A DNA stretch of 64,000 bases. Origin: Malacoraja senta (lineage: Eukaryota). The translations under genes were made by a program, and so were the position numbers. Position 1 is the first letter of the stretch; each line of letters begins with the position of its first letter. Positions 51,498 through 64,000 of the stretch are shown here, piece by piece. Location: assembly GCA_038087875.1 (NCBI GenBank), contig CM075987.1, positions 16,184,001 through 16,248,000 on the forward strand, given 5' to 3'. Below the pieces are notes generated by a model, which worked only from the letters and a program-made list of their open reading frames with translations, made no database searches and was not told the origin of the DNA.

Positions 51498-52467
51498 CCA
51501 TAATGTGAATGTTAAACACAACACATATGGTGTCCACAGTGTGTGAAGTGATCGCCTCCAGGACTCTGCAGTGATTATGTCTACTAATGACAACACAGAT
51601 AGTGTTGGTCATGGGTAGACTACTGAGAAGACCATAAAGGTTTATCCCTCATGTTACTTACGCTCGCACACAGTAGTTGGTGCCTGCAACACATTGCCGA
51701 GGTGGTGGTGGAGGTGGATATGATATTGTCATTTAAGAGGCTTTTATGTGGGCACATGGGTGTGCAGGGAATGGAGGGATATGGATCATTTACAGGCATG
51801 TTCAGCCCAAACGTTGTGGGCCAAGGGGCCTGTTCCTGTGCTGTACTATTCTATGTAACATGCAGAAGAATAAGGTTAGCAATCCTTATGGAATACAAAA
51901 TGTAGCATCGTATTTCATATCTGCCACAGGGGGAAACTTTCTTACCCATATTTGATCTGGTGTTATGAGATTTCATGTTTTATCGTGAGACCCAAGGTAT
52001 TCCTTCCCACCTCTACACCACCATGTTGCCACCCCTAGTGGATATGTCCTGCCCTGCACATTGCTTTTAACATACCATTCTCTGAGTACAACTATGTCAG
52101 GCTGTTGCTTGACTCATCTGTGGGACTGCTCTCCCAGTTTACACACCTGTATCCAGAAGTTTACAAAAGAGACCTTGCAAATTCAACCGGGAGGAGACCG
52201 ACTTTGTCATGTCTGAATCCAGTGCCCCAAAACCCACTGGAAACAGCCTACCCATTCCAAAACGCCCATCAATCACTGTTTCTTTTCACTGGCACAAAAA
52301 TGGGTCCACTCTTCATTAGATTCCATGGGCTTTTACTTTTTGACCAGCTTCCATTCTGAGACAAAGTGTTAAAGAAGGAACTGCAGATGCTGGAAAATCG
52401 AAGGTACACAAAAATGCTGGAGAAACTCAGCGGGTGCAGCAGCATCTATGGAGCGAAGGAAATAGGT

Positions 52468-52495
52468 AACGTTTCGGGCCGAAACCCTTCTTCAG
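52468..52495 (-). ncRNA. Minimal hammerhead core, inverted copy
   Basis: Exact reverse complement of 53072-53099. Confidence 0.65.
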
Positions 52496-53071
52496 ACTGA
52501 TAGGGGGTGGGGAGAAGAAAGGAAAAAAGGAAAAGGAGGAGGAGCCCGAGGGTTGGGGGAGGGGAGGAGACAGCCAGATGGCTGATGAAGGGGAGGGGAC
52601 AGCCAGGGCTAGCAGAATTGGGAGAATTCAACGTTCAGGCCACCAGGGTGTAGACTGCCCAAGCGGAATATGAGGTGCATTTCCTCCAATTTACGGTGTT
52701 GCTCGCTGTGGCCATGGAGGAGACCCAGGACAGATATCCGCAATAACCAACCTGGTTATCCGCAATAACCAACCTGAACTCCCGGTGGCTCAGCACTTCA
52801 ACTCCCCCTCCCATTCCGTATCTGACCTCTCTGTCCTGGGTCTCCTCCATGGCCACAGCGAGCAACACCGTAAATTGGAGGAAATGCACCTCATATTCCG
52901 CTTGGGCAGTCTACACCCTGGTGGCCTGAACGTTGAATTCTCCCAATTCTGCTAGCCCTGGCTGTCCCCTCCCCTTCATCAGCCATCTGGCTGTCTCCTC
53001 CCCTCCCCCAACCCTCGGGCTCCTCCTCCTCCTTTTCCTTTTTTCCTTTCTTCTCCCCACCCCCTATCAGT

Positions 53072-53099
53072 CTGAAGAAGGGTTTCGGCCCGAAACGTT
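53072..53099 (+). ncRNA. Minimal type I hammerhead ribozyme core in Penelope pLTR
   Basis: CTGAAGA-A-GGGT(TTCG)GCCC-GAAAC-GTT; palindromic ACGT in place of stem III; stem I only about 2 bp. Confidence 0.65.
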
Positions 53100-53938
53100 A
53101 CCTATTTCCTTCGCTCCATAGATGCTGCTGCACCCGCTGAGTTTCTCCAGCATTTTTGTGTACCTTCCATTCTGAGACTTTGCCCAAGCATTGCTAAAAT
53201 CCATGCAGTTGACAGAGAGCTCAACAACCCTTCTCCATCATTCCTGAAATAATTCATTCAGGTTAGTCAGGCATAACCCACCCTCTTGCAAATGAGCCAA
53301 ATGCCCTTGACTAATTAGTGTCGTTATAAAGGACGTATTGTCTAATCCCACAGAATTAATTGGCCCAACAGTCCAGCAATTACGTTAAGACAGAACCATA
53401 TTAACAGCTTTCCAATCCATTAATGCTGGTCCTGTAACCGGGGAGGTTTGGAAAATGATGATCAAAGCTTTTGCTTGCCTTGCAGTAGATTTACTTTCAA
53501 AGATGTTAAACACTTTCTTGTGAAAGTGTTCTCACAGGGCTGTCAAATTGGGAGTACATAGAATATAGAACAGTACAGCACAGGAATGGGCCCTTCAGCC
53601 GACAATGTTTATGTAGAATATGATGCCTAGCTGAATTGATCTGAGCTGCCTGCATTTGATCCATACCCTTCTATTCCCTGCATTTCCATGTGCATATCCA
53701 AAGGCCTCAAACACCACGTTCGTATCTGCCTCTACCACACCCTTGGCTATGCGTTCCAGGCCCCCACCACCCTCTGTGTAAAAAAAAACAAACCCAAAGT
53801 CTTTCCCCCTTTCACCTTATTGCTATGCCCCAGTGTTGGGCATTTTCACCCTGGGGGAAAAGGGGTATTTTTTACAGAATATCATGTTTATTTGTTGAAA
53901 GATTAAAATAAACTAGAAGAACAGAGAAATGGCCTCAC

Positions 53939-54127
53939 CTTGTTTCCTGTCACTGGAATATAACCATCTTTTGTAACCCATTTTGTTAAATTTGATGGTG
54001 CTTGGCTCAGAACACTGTAGACAAATTGTTCTCTATAACTTATGGAGTCATTGCCACTGCTGGAGTTATAGATAATCAGGAGAGTGGCTAATATGAAGAT
54101 CACCATAGCAATCACAAATCTCTCAGC
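53939..54127 (-). CDS. ST6GALNAC6: ST6GALNAC6 exon encoding the signal-anchor/TM and stem, AERFVIAMVIFILATLLIIYNSS...NLTKWVTKDGYIPVTGNK
   Basis: tttacag / gtgagg boundaries on the minus strand; 189 nt; resembles human NLKKWSITDGYVPILGNK. The start-codon exon was not located. Confidence 0.9.
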
Positions 54128-56647
54128 CTGTAAAGAAATGACGAGAAAGGAGTTTGAGCACATGTGGGATTTTGCATCTACAGCTGACAAGAGGAACAGT
54201 ATTTCCATATGACAGATATTCCAATAATGAGTCAGTGCATTTGTTTTGGTGGACACCTGCTTTATATTCCCTAATTCCACTTTCCCACAGAAGATTAAAA
54301 TTAACAATCCTTACTGAATTGAAAATGGAGCATTGTATTTTCATCTTAAGGATCCACAGATCTAGTGGTTCATACATCTATAAAACTGAAAATCATTTAT
54401 TTGTAGTTTGCATTTGTAATCTGTTGTTACATGTCATGTAGCATTACATGATGTCATGTCATGTAATGTTACAACTGACACTAAGCCACAAAGGAGATAA
54501 TTTACTAATTTAAGTTTAAAAGAGTAGAGAGAGGATGAGATGTTAAGAGGTTTAGTCAGGAATTGCACAGTTTAAAGTCGACAATTGCTGAAAGTATGAT
54601 CACCGAAGATGGTTGGTTCAAAAACCGGGGCAATAAATTTGCCAGAATTGGAATAGCGCAGAGATCTTGGGGGGGGGGGGGCTAGGACTATAGAAGTTTG
54701 CAGAGGTGAAAAGCGGTGGAATAAGTGTGGTGTATCGATGTACTTGAAAATAAGGAAGAGTACATGCAACACAATGGTTGTCCAAGAGCCAGCGTGGATC
54801 ACAGGGAACATGGACAATGGATTAACTGGATTGGGAAACAGTTTTGTTGGGCAAGAAATATCTTTTGTTGCCATTGCACCAACTTGTGGAGAACACAAGA
54901 ATGTTATGGACACAGTTTATCAAGCATACATGACCCTGTCACATCATGGAATTCAAATTCAAGAGAATTGTATGGGATATATTTAAAGCACTAAGTCAAC
55001 ATCAGGCCAATTCTCAATACCAAAATGTTGCAAGTTCATGAAAGCCTCAAACATGGTTAAGGAGAGAGTTTTACTGGTCTCAGGTCTGGTATAGTTACAA
55101 GGTTAAAGGAAATATTTAGAGTTTTACTCTTAGCACAAAAGCAGCTAAACTATGATTTGTGATTTAAAATCCTGAAAAGTTAACATTGAATAAAATAGAA
55201 ATGTTCCAATGACTCAATGATTAACTAGCAGAGGACAAATAAATACAGGTGGTTAAATGCAGGTTAAAAGAGCAAGATATTAGGATTTAAAAAAAATAAT
55301 AATTAGGAATTGGAATGCACGCCACTATTCAAATTAAATAGTAGTTTTCCCCCTCAATAGGGAACGCTAATAGTTGTAGGGATTTTTTTTTAAATTTTGA
55401 AAAAATGAGATAATGGTGATAATTAAAGGTCAAAATGTAAAAACAAGGAACTGCAGATGCTGGTTCACACAGAAGAACATAAAGTGCTGGAGTAACTCAA
55501 TGGGTCAGGCAGCATCTCTGGAGAACATAGGATAGATGACGTTTTGGATCGGGACCCTCCTTCAGACTGGAGATGCTGCCAGACCTGCTGAATTACTCCA
55601 GCACTTTGTACACTTTTGTGGTAATTGGATTGATCTTCTGAAAGAGCTGGCACACACTCACTCAATCACTAAAACATCAGCTTCAGTCCCAAAATATCTT
55701 GCATATATGTTCCATACTAGTTATAGAAATGGATTGTGGCTGGCTTACAAAGTCCATTTTAATAAGTTGCTCAATAAATACTAATTATAATCACAACACA
55801 AGAATTGTTTCAGAAAGTGTGGGGCAATGAGTCTGAGAAATACAGACCAGCATTTGCAAAGTAGATTTTTGGTCAAGAAAACAAAAATTCTTATCCAGTT
55901 TCTCTAGCAATTGTTGTTATAGAAACAGTGAACAGCTCACCATATTTTTCATGCCGTTCAAGGCTGTTAGCAGCAGCACTACACCCGTGAATGTTGCATC
56001 CTCACCTCAAGTGTGCCTGCAATGAAACAAATCACTAAGTAAACACACCACTGCAAAATAAAACACATCCGAGCAACATTGAGTGAATCAAGCAATCAGG
56101 AAAAGGTTGGAAACACTCAGCAGCTCGGAGTACAAATAAATCATTGACATTTTGAATTAAAGATCATGTTTCATAACTGGCAGAGCAAAATCAGGTTGGT
56201 TTTACATTGCAGAGAGGATAGGGGGTTGAGGCAAAGACATGGATAACGTGAAGGCCAATAGTCATGGGGATAAGATTTAAATGGGGTAATCTGGTCAATG
56301 GATCACTTGTACAAAGGAACATAAAACCGTATCAAATAATTTCATCGTGCCGTAGAACCATACAGCGCGGAATCAGGCTCTTCAGCCCATCTTGTCCATA
56401 CAGCTACTTGAATAGGGTTTTAGGTCAAATGCAGACAAATGGGACTAGTCCAGTATGCTAACATGGTGGGCACAGACAAGGTGTCATATGAGTTGTACAT
56501 GTTGTAACTTCAAGTCCATTTGAACATAATATGAACACACAGGGGTGGCACAGCAGCGAAGCTGGTAGAGCTGCTGGCTCACAGTGCCAGAGACCCGGGT
56601 TTGATCCTGACTGGGTGTGCTGTCTGTGCAGAGTTTGCACGTTCTCC

Positions 56648-56701
56648 GGGGTGGAAGATTGCAACCTTCACGTGGTCCGCCCTGTTTCGACTAATGCAAT
56701 C
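56648..56701 (+). ncRNA. Minimal HDV-like (double-pseudoknot) ribozyme motif
   Basis: P1 GGGGTGG/CCGCCCT with G1.U wobble, P2 GATTGCA/TGCAATC, P3 ACC/GGT, L3 TTCACGT, UUCG-capped mini-P4, J4/2 CTAA with candidate catalytic C56691. Confidence 0.85.
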
Positions 56702-56782
56702 AACTCGACGTGCACAAACGGAAGATCAAATAGAACAAGTTGTCCTACAACTTTAGGCTGTGCACGCCACACGAAAGAAGAA
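56648..56782 (+). mobile_element. 135-bp non-autonomous retroelement with 5' HDV-like ribozyme, (GAA)n tail and 11-bp TSD, nested in a V-SINE
   Basis: TSD GCACGTTCTCC at 56637-56647 and 56783-56793; 3' end CACACGAAAGAAGAA resembles that of the 44130-44324 LINE. Confidence 0.88.
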
Positions 56783-58073
56783 GCACGTTCTCCCTGTGAC
56801 CTCGTGGGTTTTCTCTGGGTGCTCCGGTTTCCTCCCACTTCCCAAAGATGTGCAGGTTTGTAGGTTAATTGGCTTTGGTAAATTGCCCTCCCCCCCTCCC
56901 CCCCGCCCCGCAGTATAGGATGCGAAAGTGGAATAATGGAACTAGTGTGTGGGTGATCAATGGTCACATTGACTCGGTGGGCCAAAGGGCCTGTTTACAT
57001 GCTGTATCTCTAAACTAAATCAAACACATCCGTACGTTCACTGAACAGAACGTTTAGGCTCAACATGCACTACAGTACATGGCAGAGGCAGAGTTGTTTG
57101 GTTAGCCTTAGACAGGCAGCTGCAGTAAGCAGAATCAAAATAAACAAACAAGCTGCAAATCACACACTTGATGTCCCAACTTGTGTTTGCAAAGTGCCCA
57201 AGGACACTTCCTGACCCACGTACATTCACGCTGCCATTTATATTTGCATTGCTTCCGATAGCATCTCTGGAAGCATGGACAATGTCGCCTTCAAACAAAC
57301 CGTGGCCACCAGGTTGAAGATAAGTTTCTTCACAGCACCCGTCAGATTCTTGAACACCACACAACACCAACCACTACCTGAGCAACCATGACCCTCAATG
57401 GACTTTGTTTTGGTTGCACTATTGACCGATTTAGTACTATTTTTATTACTATGGTTACCTAGTATTACTGTTGTTGATTTATTGTTTTATTAATTGTTAT
57501 ATATTAGCGTTATTGCATTGTGGGCCTACTGAGCTGCAGCAGGTAAGTATATTATGTCCTGCTGCCAGTACATATGACAATTAAACACTCTTGACATCTT
57601 TACATCTGCAAGATGAGAACAATAATATTTCAACCGGTTTCTCTGGACATTCACAACAAGCTGCAGAATAAGACCAGAAGACATAGGTGCAGAATTAGGC
57701 CATTCGATTCACCGAGTCCGCTCCACCATTCGATCATGGCTGCTCTATTTTTCTCTCTAAACCCCATTCTCCTGTCTTCGCCCCATAACCTTTGCTGCTC
57801 TTATTAATCAAGAACCTATCAATCCCCGCTTTAAAAATACCCAATGATGTGGCCTCCAGCGTTGTCCGTGACCATGGATCTCAAGGGAAGGTCCACCATG
57901 TAATGTTGCAACTGCCTTCCCACCAATCCCCCACCCCCATCCCCTCCCCACCAACCCCTCCAACAACCCACCCTCCCCCCACATGCCCATCCTGCTCAGG
58001 TCCACCCATCCCCACACCAGAAAGTCAGGAGTGTTGAAGTAATTATCAATAATACTAGATAATCAAACCATAA

Positions 58074-58591
58074 AGGGGCTGTCCCACAGCGGCAACCTAA
58101 TTGGCGAGTTTAGAAGAGTTTAGGAGAGTTTGAAAAAGTGTCATGTTGAAGACCTCCTTCGACTATGTTGAAGACTAGCTTCAACTAGCTTCGGGAAAAT
58201 TTTGGACACCAAATAGTGGAGAGTGAAGACGACCTCCTTCGATCTCCTTCGACCTCCCTTCAACTATGTTGAAGACTATCTACGACTACCTTTGATTACC
58301 TTCATTACCCTCGATTACCTACGAATAACATGCCGACCTACTACGGCCTACTTCGACTAAACCTACGAGTAAAAAAATATCGATTTTTTCCATGGCGACC
58401 TTTTGTTACTCGCGGGAATTTTGCAGCATGTTGAAAAATACGCCACAACTTAGCTGAGGCCTCGAGTACGCGGGGACTACTCTCGAGCATGAAGAGAGTT
58501 ACAAAGACCTCCTAGGACCTCGTGTCAACCATGCTGCGAGGGCAAACTCTTCTAAACTCGCCAATTAGGTCGCCACAGTGGGACAGCCCCT
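58074..58591. mobile_element. Harbinger-like MITE with ~47-bp TIRs
   Basis: AGGGGCTGTCCCAC...TTTAGAAGAGTTT matches the inverted copy at about 58545-58591; flanks TAA/TTA; TIR start related to 46201. Confidence 0.75.
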
Positions 58592-59057
58592 TTAGTCCTT
58601 AGTGCAACTAAGACAATGTGCATAGCACATAGGCCAAAATTCCGTAGTTTCTGAGTTTTGTGTTCAAAAGTCTGATGGATGCTGGGAAAGAGCTGTCCTT
58701 GACCCTGGTAGTCAAGGTTTTCAAGCTTCTGTTCCACTTCCCGATGGAATCTCACACAGCAGAACCATCAGCCCACCAGCTCAACCAGAATCATGGCCAC
58801 AATCTCCTACAGACTTCTATTTGTTTCCCTCTTCCATTCAAGTATTGATCCAATTTCATTTGGAAAGTAAGTTAACTTAGTTTAGTTTAATTTAGAGATA
58901 CAGTACGAAAACAGTCGCACCAACCAGCAATCCCCACACATTAACAATATCCTACACACACACCAGGGACAATTTATACCAAGCCAATTAACCTACAAAC
59001 CTGTATGTCTTTGGAGTGTGGGAGGAAACCAAAGATCGCGGAGAAAACCCACGCGGT

Positions 59058-59691
59058 CAAGAGCGGAACTCGCTATCAAAACATGGAGGGGACGGGGGAC
59101 ACAATTTTTTGGTGGCCGCGCGCGCATGCGCACACGCACACACGCGCGCGAGGCTTTGGAGGCTCAATCCAGCGCTAAATGCAGCTCCACTCTGCCTGTC
59201 TCACCGGATTAACTACAGCCCTGGCTGGACTGACGGGATACCAGCGCGGCTTTGCCGTGTTGGCCATATTTCCCGCAAGTCCAGGCAGGTTCACCTGGCG
59301 GGACAGGCAGAGTTGAGCTGGGGTTAGCGCTGTTTCTCTGCGCTGGCTGTGGGCCTGGGGGTGCAGCTTGCGTCTGACTCCCGATCTCTCTGGCCACCCG
59401 TTGGGGGGGGGGGCACTCGGGACAGCACCGGAGACCCGGCCAGGATCGATCCTGTCTGCGGATGAGGCGCAGGTCTGTGCCACGTCTCCCTCCTCCAATC
59501 GCCGCACTCTATCCTCAGTCCCACCCCCCCCCCCCCTCCTCCAATCATCGCGCCCTCGATCATCAGTCCCACCCCCACTGTATCGCGGAAAGCGGAGATT
59601 TTAAAATACGGATCACAAAAACTTGGGGGGGGGATGTCCCCCACCACTCAAAACACGGGGGGTACCTGGCCCCCCGGGTTTTCCGCCCCTG
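59058..59691. mobile_element. GC-rich hAT-like non-autonomous element nested in a minus-strand V-SINE
   Basis: Imperfect TIRs CAAGAGCGGAA / TTCCGCCCCTG; host SINE resumes on both sides with a partial CGGT duplication. Confidence 0.55.
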
Positions 59692-60554
59692 TACGGTCAC
59701 TGGGAGAACGTATAAACTCTATACAGACTGGATCGAACCCGAGTTTCCGGCACTGTAAGGCAGCAACTTTATCGCTGTGCCACAGTGTTGCCCAAGTTAC
59801 TGAACCTTCATCCGGGCAGTGTGTACCAACCTAATACACAACTTGCTGTGTTCTTCAGCTAATTATCTTAAAAATGTGCACGCTTCACTTATTAGCAAAC
59901 ACACCATTGGAAACAAATTATCCATTCAACAAAACCCCTCAGAACATAAAGTAATTTCAAGAAAATATTCTTCTCAACATCTCTACCACTTGAGACCAGA
60001 AACATGAAGATCAGCAACATCAATTTTGACGGTAAAATTAGATGCGTTGTTGTTCCGGTTTCTCTACTTATGTAGCATAAAATAACAGAGTCACTCACGG
60101 TTTATAACTTTGTTGCAACAACATTATCAGATTAACAACTCTGCAAATTGTTTCCAGATCTCAACATCTTCCTCTCGTTTTACCACCTACATACAGTTCT
60201 GCAGTTCAGCATTTACAACGTGTTCCACTATCATCAAAGCCAGCCGTGCCCCTGGAACAAAGGCACAATACAAATACAATGCATAATATATTTAAAGAGT
60301 ATCGAGAAAATTAAACTGCGGCACCTTCCAAATCTGGGAGCATGAAAATATAGTCTCGGATAGTGGAGAGATCAAAAGTATCACGTCATCTAATGGCCCA
60401 ACCAAGTCCACAAATCCAGTTAGTTCAGCAATCAATATATTATTTTAACCATTCCCCAACCATTAACCATTCCCTAACCAGTCCCAAAACCGCATGCTTT
60501 TCATTCACATTCTCAGTTTTACAGACTACATAGTTTATAGTATGTATAAACTGT

Positions 60555-62106
60555 TCTGCACCCAGAGTACTCAAGGAGGTGGTCCTGGAAATTGTGGATG
60601 CATTGGAGATCATTTTCCAATGTTCACTCGACTATGGGTCAGTTCCTGTGGACTGGAGGGTAGCCAATGTAACTCCACTTTTTAAGAAAGGAGGGAGAGA
60701 GAAAACAGGATGAGAGGGGATCTTATAGAAACACATTAAATTATAGACCAGTTAGCCTTACATCGGTAGTGGGGAACATGCTGGCGTCGATTATTAAAGA
60801 TGTTATAGCAGCGCATTTGGAAAGCAGTGACGGGATCGGTCAAAGTCAGCATGGATTTATGAAGGGGAAATCATGCTCCTAATCTTTTTGAATTTTTTGA
60901 GGATGAAACAAGTAGAATGAATAAGGGAGAGCCAGTGGATGTGGTGTATCTGGACTTTGATGGTCCCATACAAGAGATTAGTGTGCAAAATTAGAGCACA
61001 TGGGGGGTATTGGTAGTAGGGTATTGACATGGATAGAGAACTGGTTGGCAGACAGGAAGCAAAGATTTGGAATTAACGGATCCTTTTCAGAATGGCAGAC
61101 TGTGACTAGTGGGGTGCCGCAACTCGGGTAAACCCAGTTGTTTACAATATATATTATTATATAATACAATATATTAACGATTTAGACGAGGGAATTAAAT
61201 GTAACATCTCTAAGTTTGTGGATGACACAAAGCTGGGTGGTAGTGTGAGCTGTGAGCAGGATGCTGTGAGGCTGCAGGGTGACTTGGATAAGTTGGGTGA
61301 GTGGGCAGAAGCAGAATGTGGATAGATGTGAGGTTATTTGGTGGCAAGAACAGGAAGGCAGATTATTATCTGAATGGTGTCAGATTAGGAAAAGGGGAGG
61401 TGCAACGAGACCTGGGTGTGCTTGTACATCAGTCACTGAAAGTAAGCATGCAGGTGCAGCAAGCAGTGAAGAAAGCCAATGGCATGTTAGCCTTCATTGC
61501 GAGAGGATTTGAATTTAGGAGCAAGGAGGTCCTACTGCAGCTGTACAGGGCCTTGGTGAGACTGCACCTGGAGTATTATGTGCAATTTTGGTATCCTAAT
61601 TAGAGGAAGGACATTATTGCTATTGAGGGAGTGCAGTGTAGTTTCACCAGGTTAATTCCCGGGATGGCGGGACTGACGTATGATGAAATAATGGGTCGAC
61701 TGGGCTCGTATTCGCTGGAATTTAGAAGGATGAGAGGATATCTTATAGAAACATAAAATTCTTAGAGGATTGGACAGGGTAGATGCAGGAAAAATGTTTC
61801 CAATGTTGGGGGAGTCCAGAACCAGGGGTCATAATTTAAGGATAAGAGGTAGGCCATTTAGGATTGAGATGAGGAAAAACTTTTTCACCCAGAGAGTAGT
61901 GAATCTGTGGAATTCTCTGCCACAGAACGCAGTGGAGGCTAATTCACTGGATGTTTTCAAGAGAGAGTTAGATTTAGTTAAGGGAATCAAGGGTTATGGT
62001 CAGAACGGGGTGCTGATTTTGGATGATCAGCCATGATCACATTGAATGTCGGAGCTGACTCGAAGGGCCAAATAGCCGACTCCTGCACCTATTTTCTATG
62101 TCTATG
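60555..62106 (+). mobile_element. CR1-type LINE, 5'-truncated and frameshifted
   Basis: Colinear with the 2514-4559 ORF from LHPRVLKEV through to the 3' tail (ttttctatgtctatg). Confidence 0.92.
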
Positions 62107-62216
62107 AGGCCGCTCCTCAACCTCGCAACTCTCACTTGACATGGACGATGAGGCTCATGGATTAAAATGGCTTGGGGCTTTTGGCAGGGTGGAGGCATAT
62201 ACAAGAGTGGCAGTTA

Positions 62217-63826
62217 CAGTGCCCTCCATAATATTTGGGACAAAGACCCATCAATTATTTATTTGCCTCTGTACTCCACAATTTTGAGATTTGTAATAGA
62301 AAACAAATCACATGTGGTTAAAGTGCACATTGTCAGATTTTTATGAAGGCCATTTTTGGTTTCACCATGTAGAAATTACAGCAGTGTTTATACATAGTCC
62401 AACCCATTTTAGGGCACCTTAATGTTTGGGACACATGGCTTCGCGTGTGTTTGTAATTGCTCAGGTGTGTTTAATTGCCTCCTTAATGCAGGTATAAGCG
62501 AGCTCTCAGCACCTAGTCTTTCCTCCAGTCTTTCTATCACGTTTGGAAACTTTAATTGCTGTTTATCAACATGAGGACCAAAGTTGTGCCAATAAAAGTC
62601 AAAGAAGCCATTATGGGACTGAGAAACAAGAATAAAACGGTTAGAGACATCAGCCAAATCTTAGGCTTACCAAAATCAACTGTTTGGAACATCATTAAGA
62701 AGAAAGAGAGCATTGGTGAGCTTACTAATCGCAAAGGGACTGGCAGGCCAAGGAAGACCTCCACAGCTGATGACAGAAGAATTCTCTCTATAATAAAGAA
62801 AAAAAACCAAACACCTGTCCGACAGATCAGAAACACTCTTCAGGAGTCAGGTGTGGATTTGCCAATGACGACCGTCCGCAGAAAACTTCATGAACAGAAA
62901 TACAGAGGCTACACTGCAAGATGCAACCCACTGGTTAGCCGCAAAAAATGGGATAGCCAGGTTACAGATTGTCAAGAAGTACTTAAAAGAGCAACCACAG
63001 TTCTGGAAAAAGGTGTTGTGGACAGATGAGACAAAGATTAACTTATATCAGAGTGATGGCAAGAGCAAAGTATGGAGGAGAGAAGGAACTGCCCAAGATC
63101 CAAAGCATACCATCTCATCTGTGAAACACGAAGGTGGGGGTGTTATGGGCTGGGCATGTATGGCTGCTGAAGGTACTGGCTCACTTATCTTCATTGATGA
63201 TACATCTGCTGATGGTAGTAGCATAATGAATTCTGAAGTGTATAGACACATCCTATCTACTCAAGTTCAAACAAATGCCTCAAGACTCATTGGCCGGCAG
63301 ATCCCCAACTAAAGCAACAAAGGAGTTTTTCAAAGCTACAAAATGGTAAATTCTTGTGTGGCCAAGTCAATCACCCGATCTGAACCCAATTGAACATGCC
63401 TTTTATATGCTGAAGAGAAAACTGAATGGGGCTAGCCCCAAAACAAGCATAAGCTAAAGATGGCTGCAATACAGGCCTGGCAGAGCATCACCCGGGAAGA
63501 CACCCAGCAACTGGTGATGTCCATGAATCGCAGACTTTAAACAGTCATTGCATGCAAAGGATATGCAACACAATACTAAACATGACTACTTTCATTTACG
63601 TGATATTGCTGTGTACCATACATTATGGTGCCCTGAAATAGGTGGACTATGTATAAACATTGCTGTAATTTCTACATGGTGAAACCAAAAATGGCCTTCA
63701 TAAAAATCTGACAATGTGCACTTTAACCACATGTGATTTGTTTTCTATTACAAATCTCAAATTGTGGAGTACAGAGGCAAATAAATAAATGATGGGTCTT
63801 TGTCCCAAACATTATGGAGGGCACTG
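62217..63826 (+). mobile_element. Full-length Tc1-family DNA transposon (1610 bp) with an inactivated transposase
   Basis: TA-flanked CAGTGCCCTCC...GGAGGGCACTG; TIRs of about 200 bp; ATG at 62571; paired-like HTH, GRPRK, WTDET and SPDLNPIE motifs. A frameshift near 62945 and a deletion near 63300 remove the second catalytic Asp region. Confidence 0.95.
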
Positions 63827-64000
63827 TAAGAGGTTTTTAGATAGGCAGAGGGCTATGCAAGGTATGGATCACATCCAGGGAGAGAGGAATAGTTTAACTT
63901 TGCATCATGTTCGGCACTTACAATATGGGCAAAAGTGACCATAAATAAGTTTGTCTTTTCCACACTGGGGAAAAAGGTTCTGTCTGTGAAAATACTTTGA

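Larger units (their letters stand above)
52363..53167. mobile_element. Young Penelope-like element insertion with inverted pLTR arms, GIY-YIG C-terminus and TSD
   Basis: Near-perfect inverted arms at 52400-52734 and 52830-53167. Frame 52761-52955 reads PELPVAQHFNSPSHSVSDLSVLGL...RKLEEMHLIFRLGSLHPGGLNVEF*. CTTCCATTCTGAGAC occurs at 52348-52362 and 53164-53178. Confidence 0.9.
56542..57022 (+). mobile_element. V-SINE (HE1-like), host of the HDV-ribozyme element
   Basis: ggtggcacagc...gggtttgatcc A/B-box-like head, gagtttgcacgttctccc core and ctaaactaaa tail. Confidence 0.8.

Noticed and set aside
56006..56016. Possible 11-nt microexon (ttgcag GCACACTTGAG gtgagg) upstream of the ST6GALNAC6 TM exon
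   Set aside because: Splice signals look plausible, but I could not link it in frame to a start codon; left unresolved.

Overview
Repeat-rich vertebrate genomic DNA with spliced genes. It is most likely from an elasmobranch (skate, ray or shark), inferred from HE1/V-SINE-type SINEs and HER1/CR1-type LINEs. The window holds the last nine coding exons of RALGDS (+, 867-11492) and four coding exons of ST6GALNAC6 (-, 54127 to 45107). One ST6GALNAC6 exon carries a 7-bp frameshifting duplication in sialylmotif S. A putative unidentified phase-consistent gene lies on the minus strand (about 24695 to 17734), and there is a 200-N assembly gap. Mobile DNA includes CR1, Rex1/Babar, Ingi/Vingi-like and Penelope-like retroelements, plus Tc1, hAT, pogo-like and Harbinger-like DNA elements. 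The most striking feature is ribozyme-bearing retroelements. A 135-bp TSD-flanked element (56648-56782) begins exactly with a compact HDV-like ribozyme fold and shares its 3' end with an Ingi/Vingi-like LINE fragment in the same window. Many Penelope-derived fold-back elements carry minimal hammerhead motifs, and one appears to enclose a CR1 5'/ORF1 fragment. All calls come from manual reading and recalled family motifs; no database search or folding program was run.
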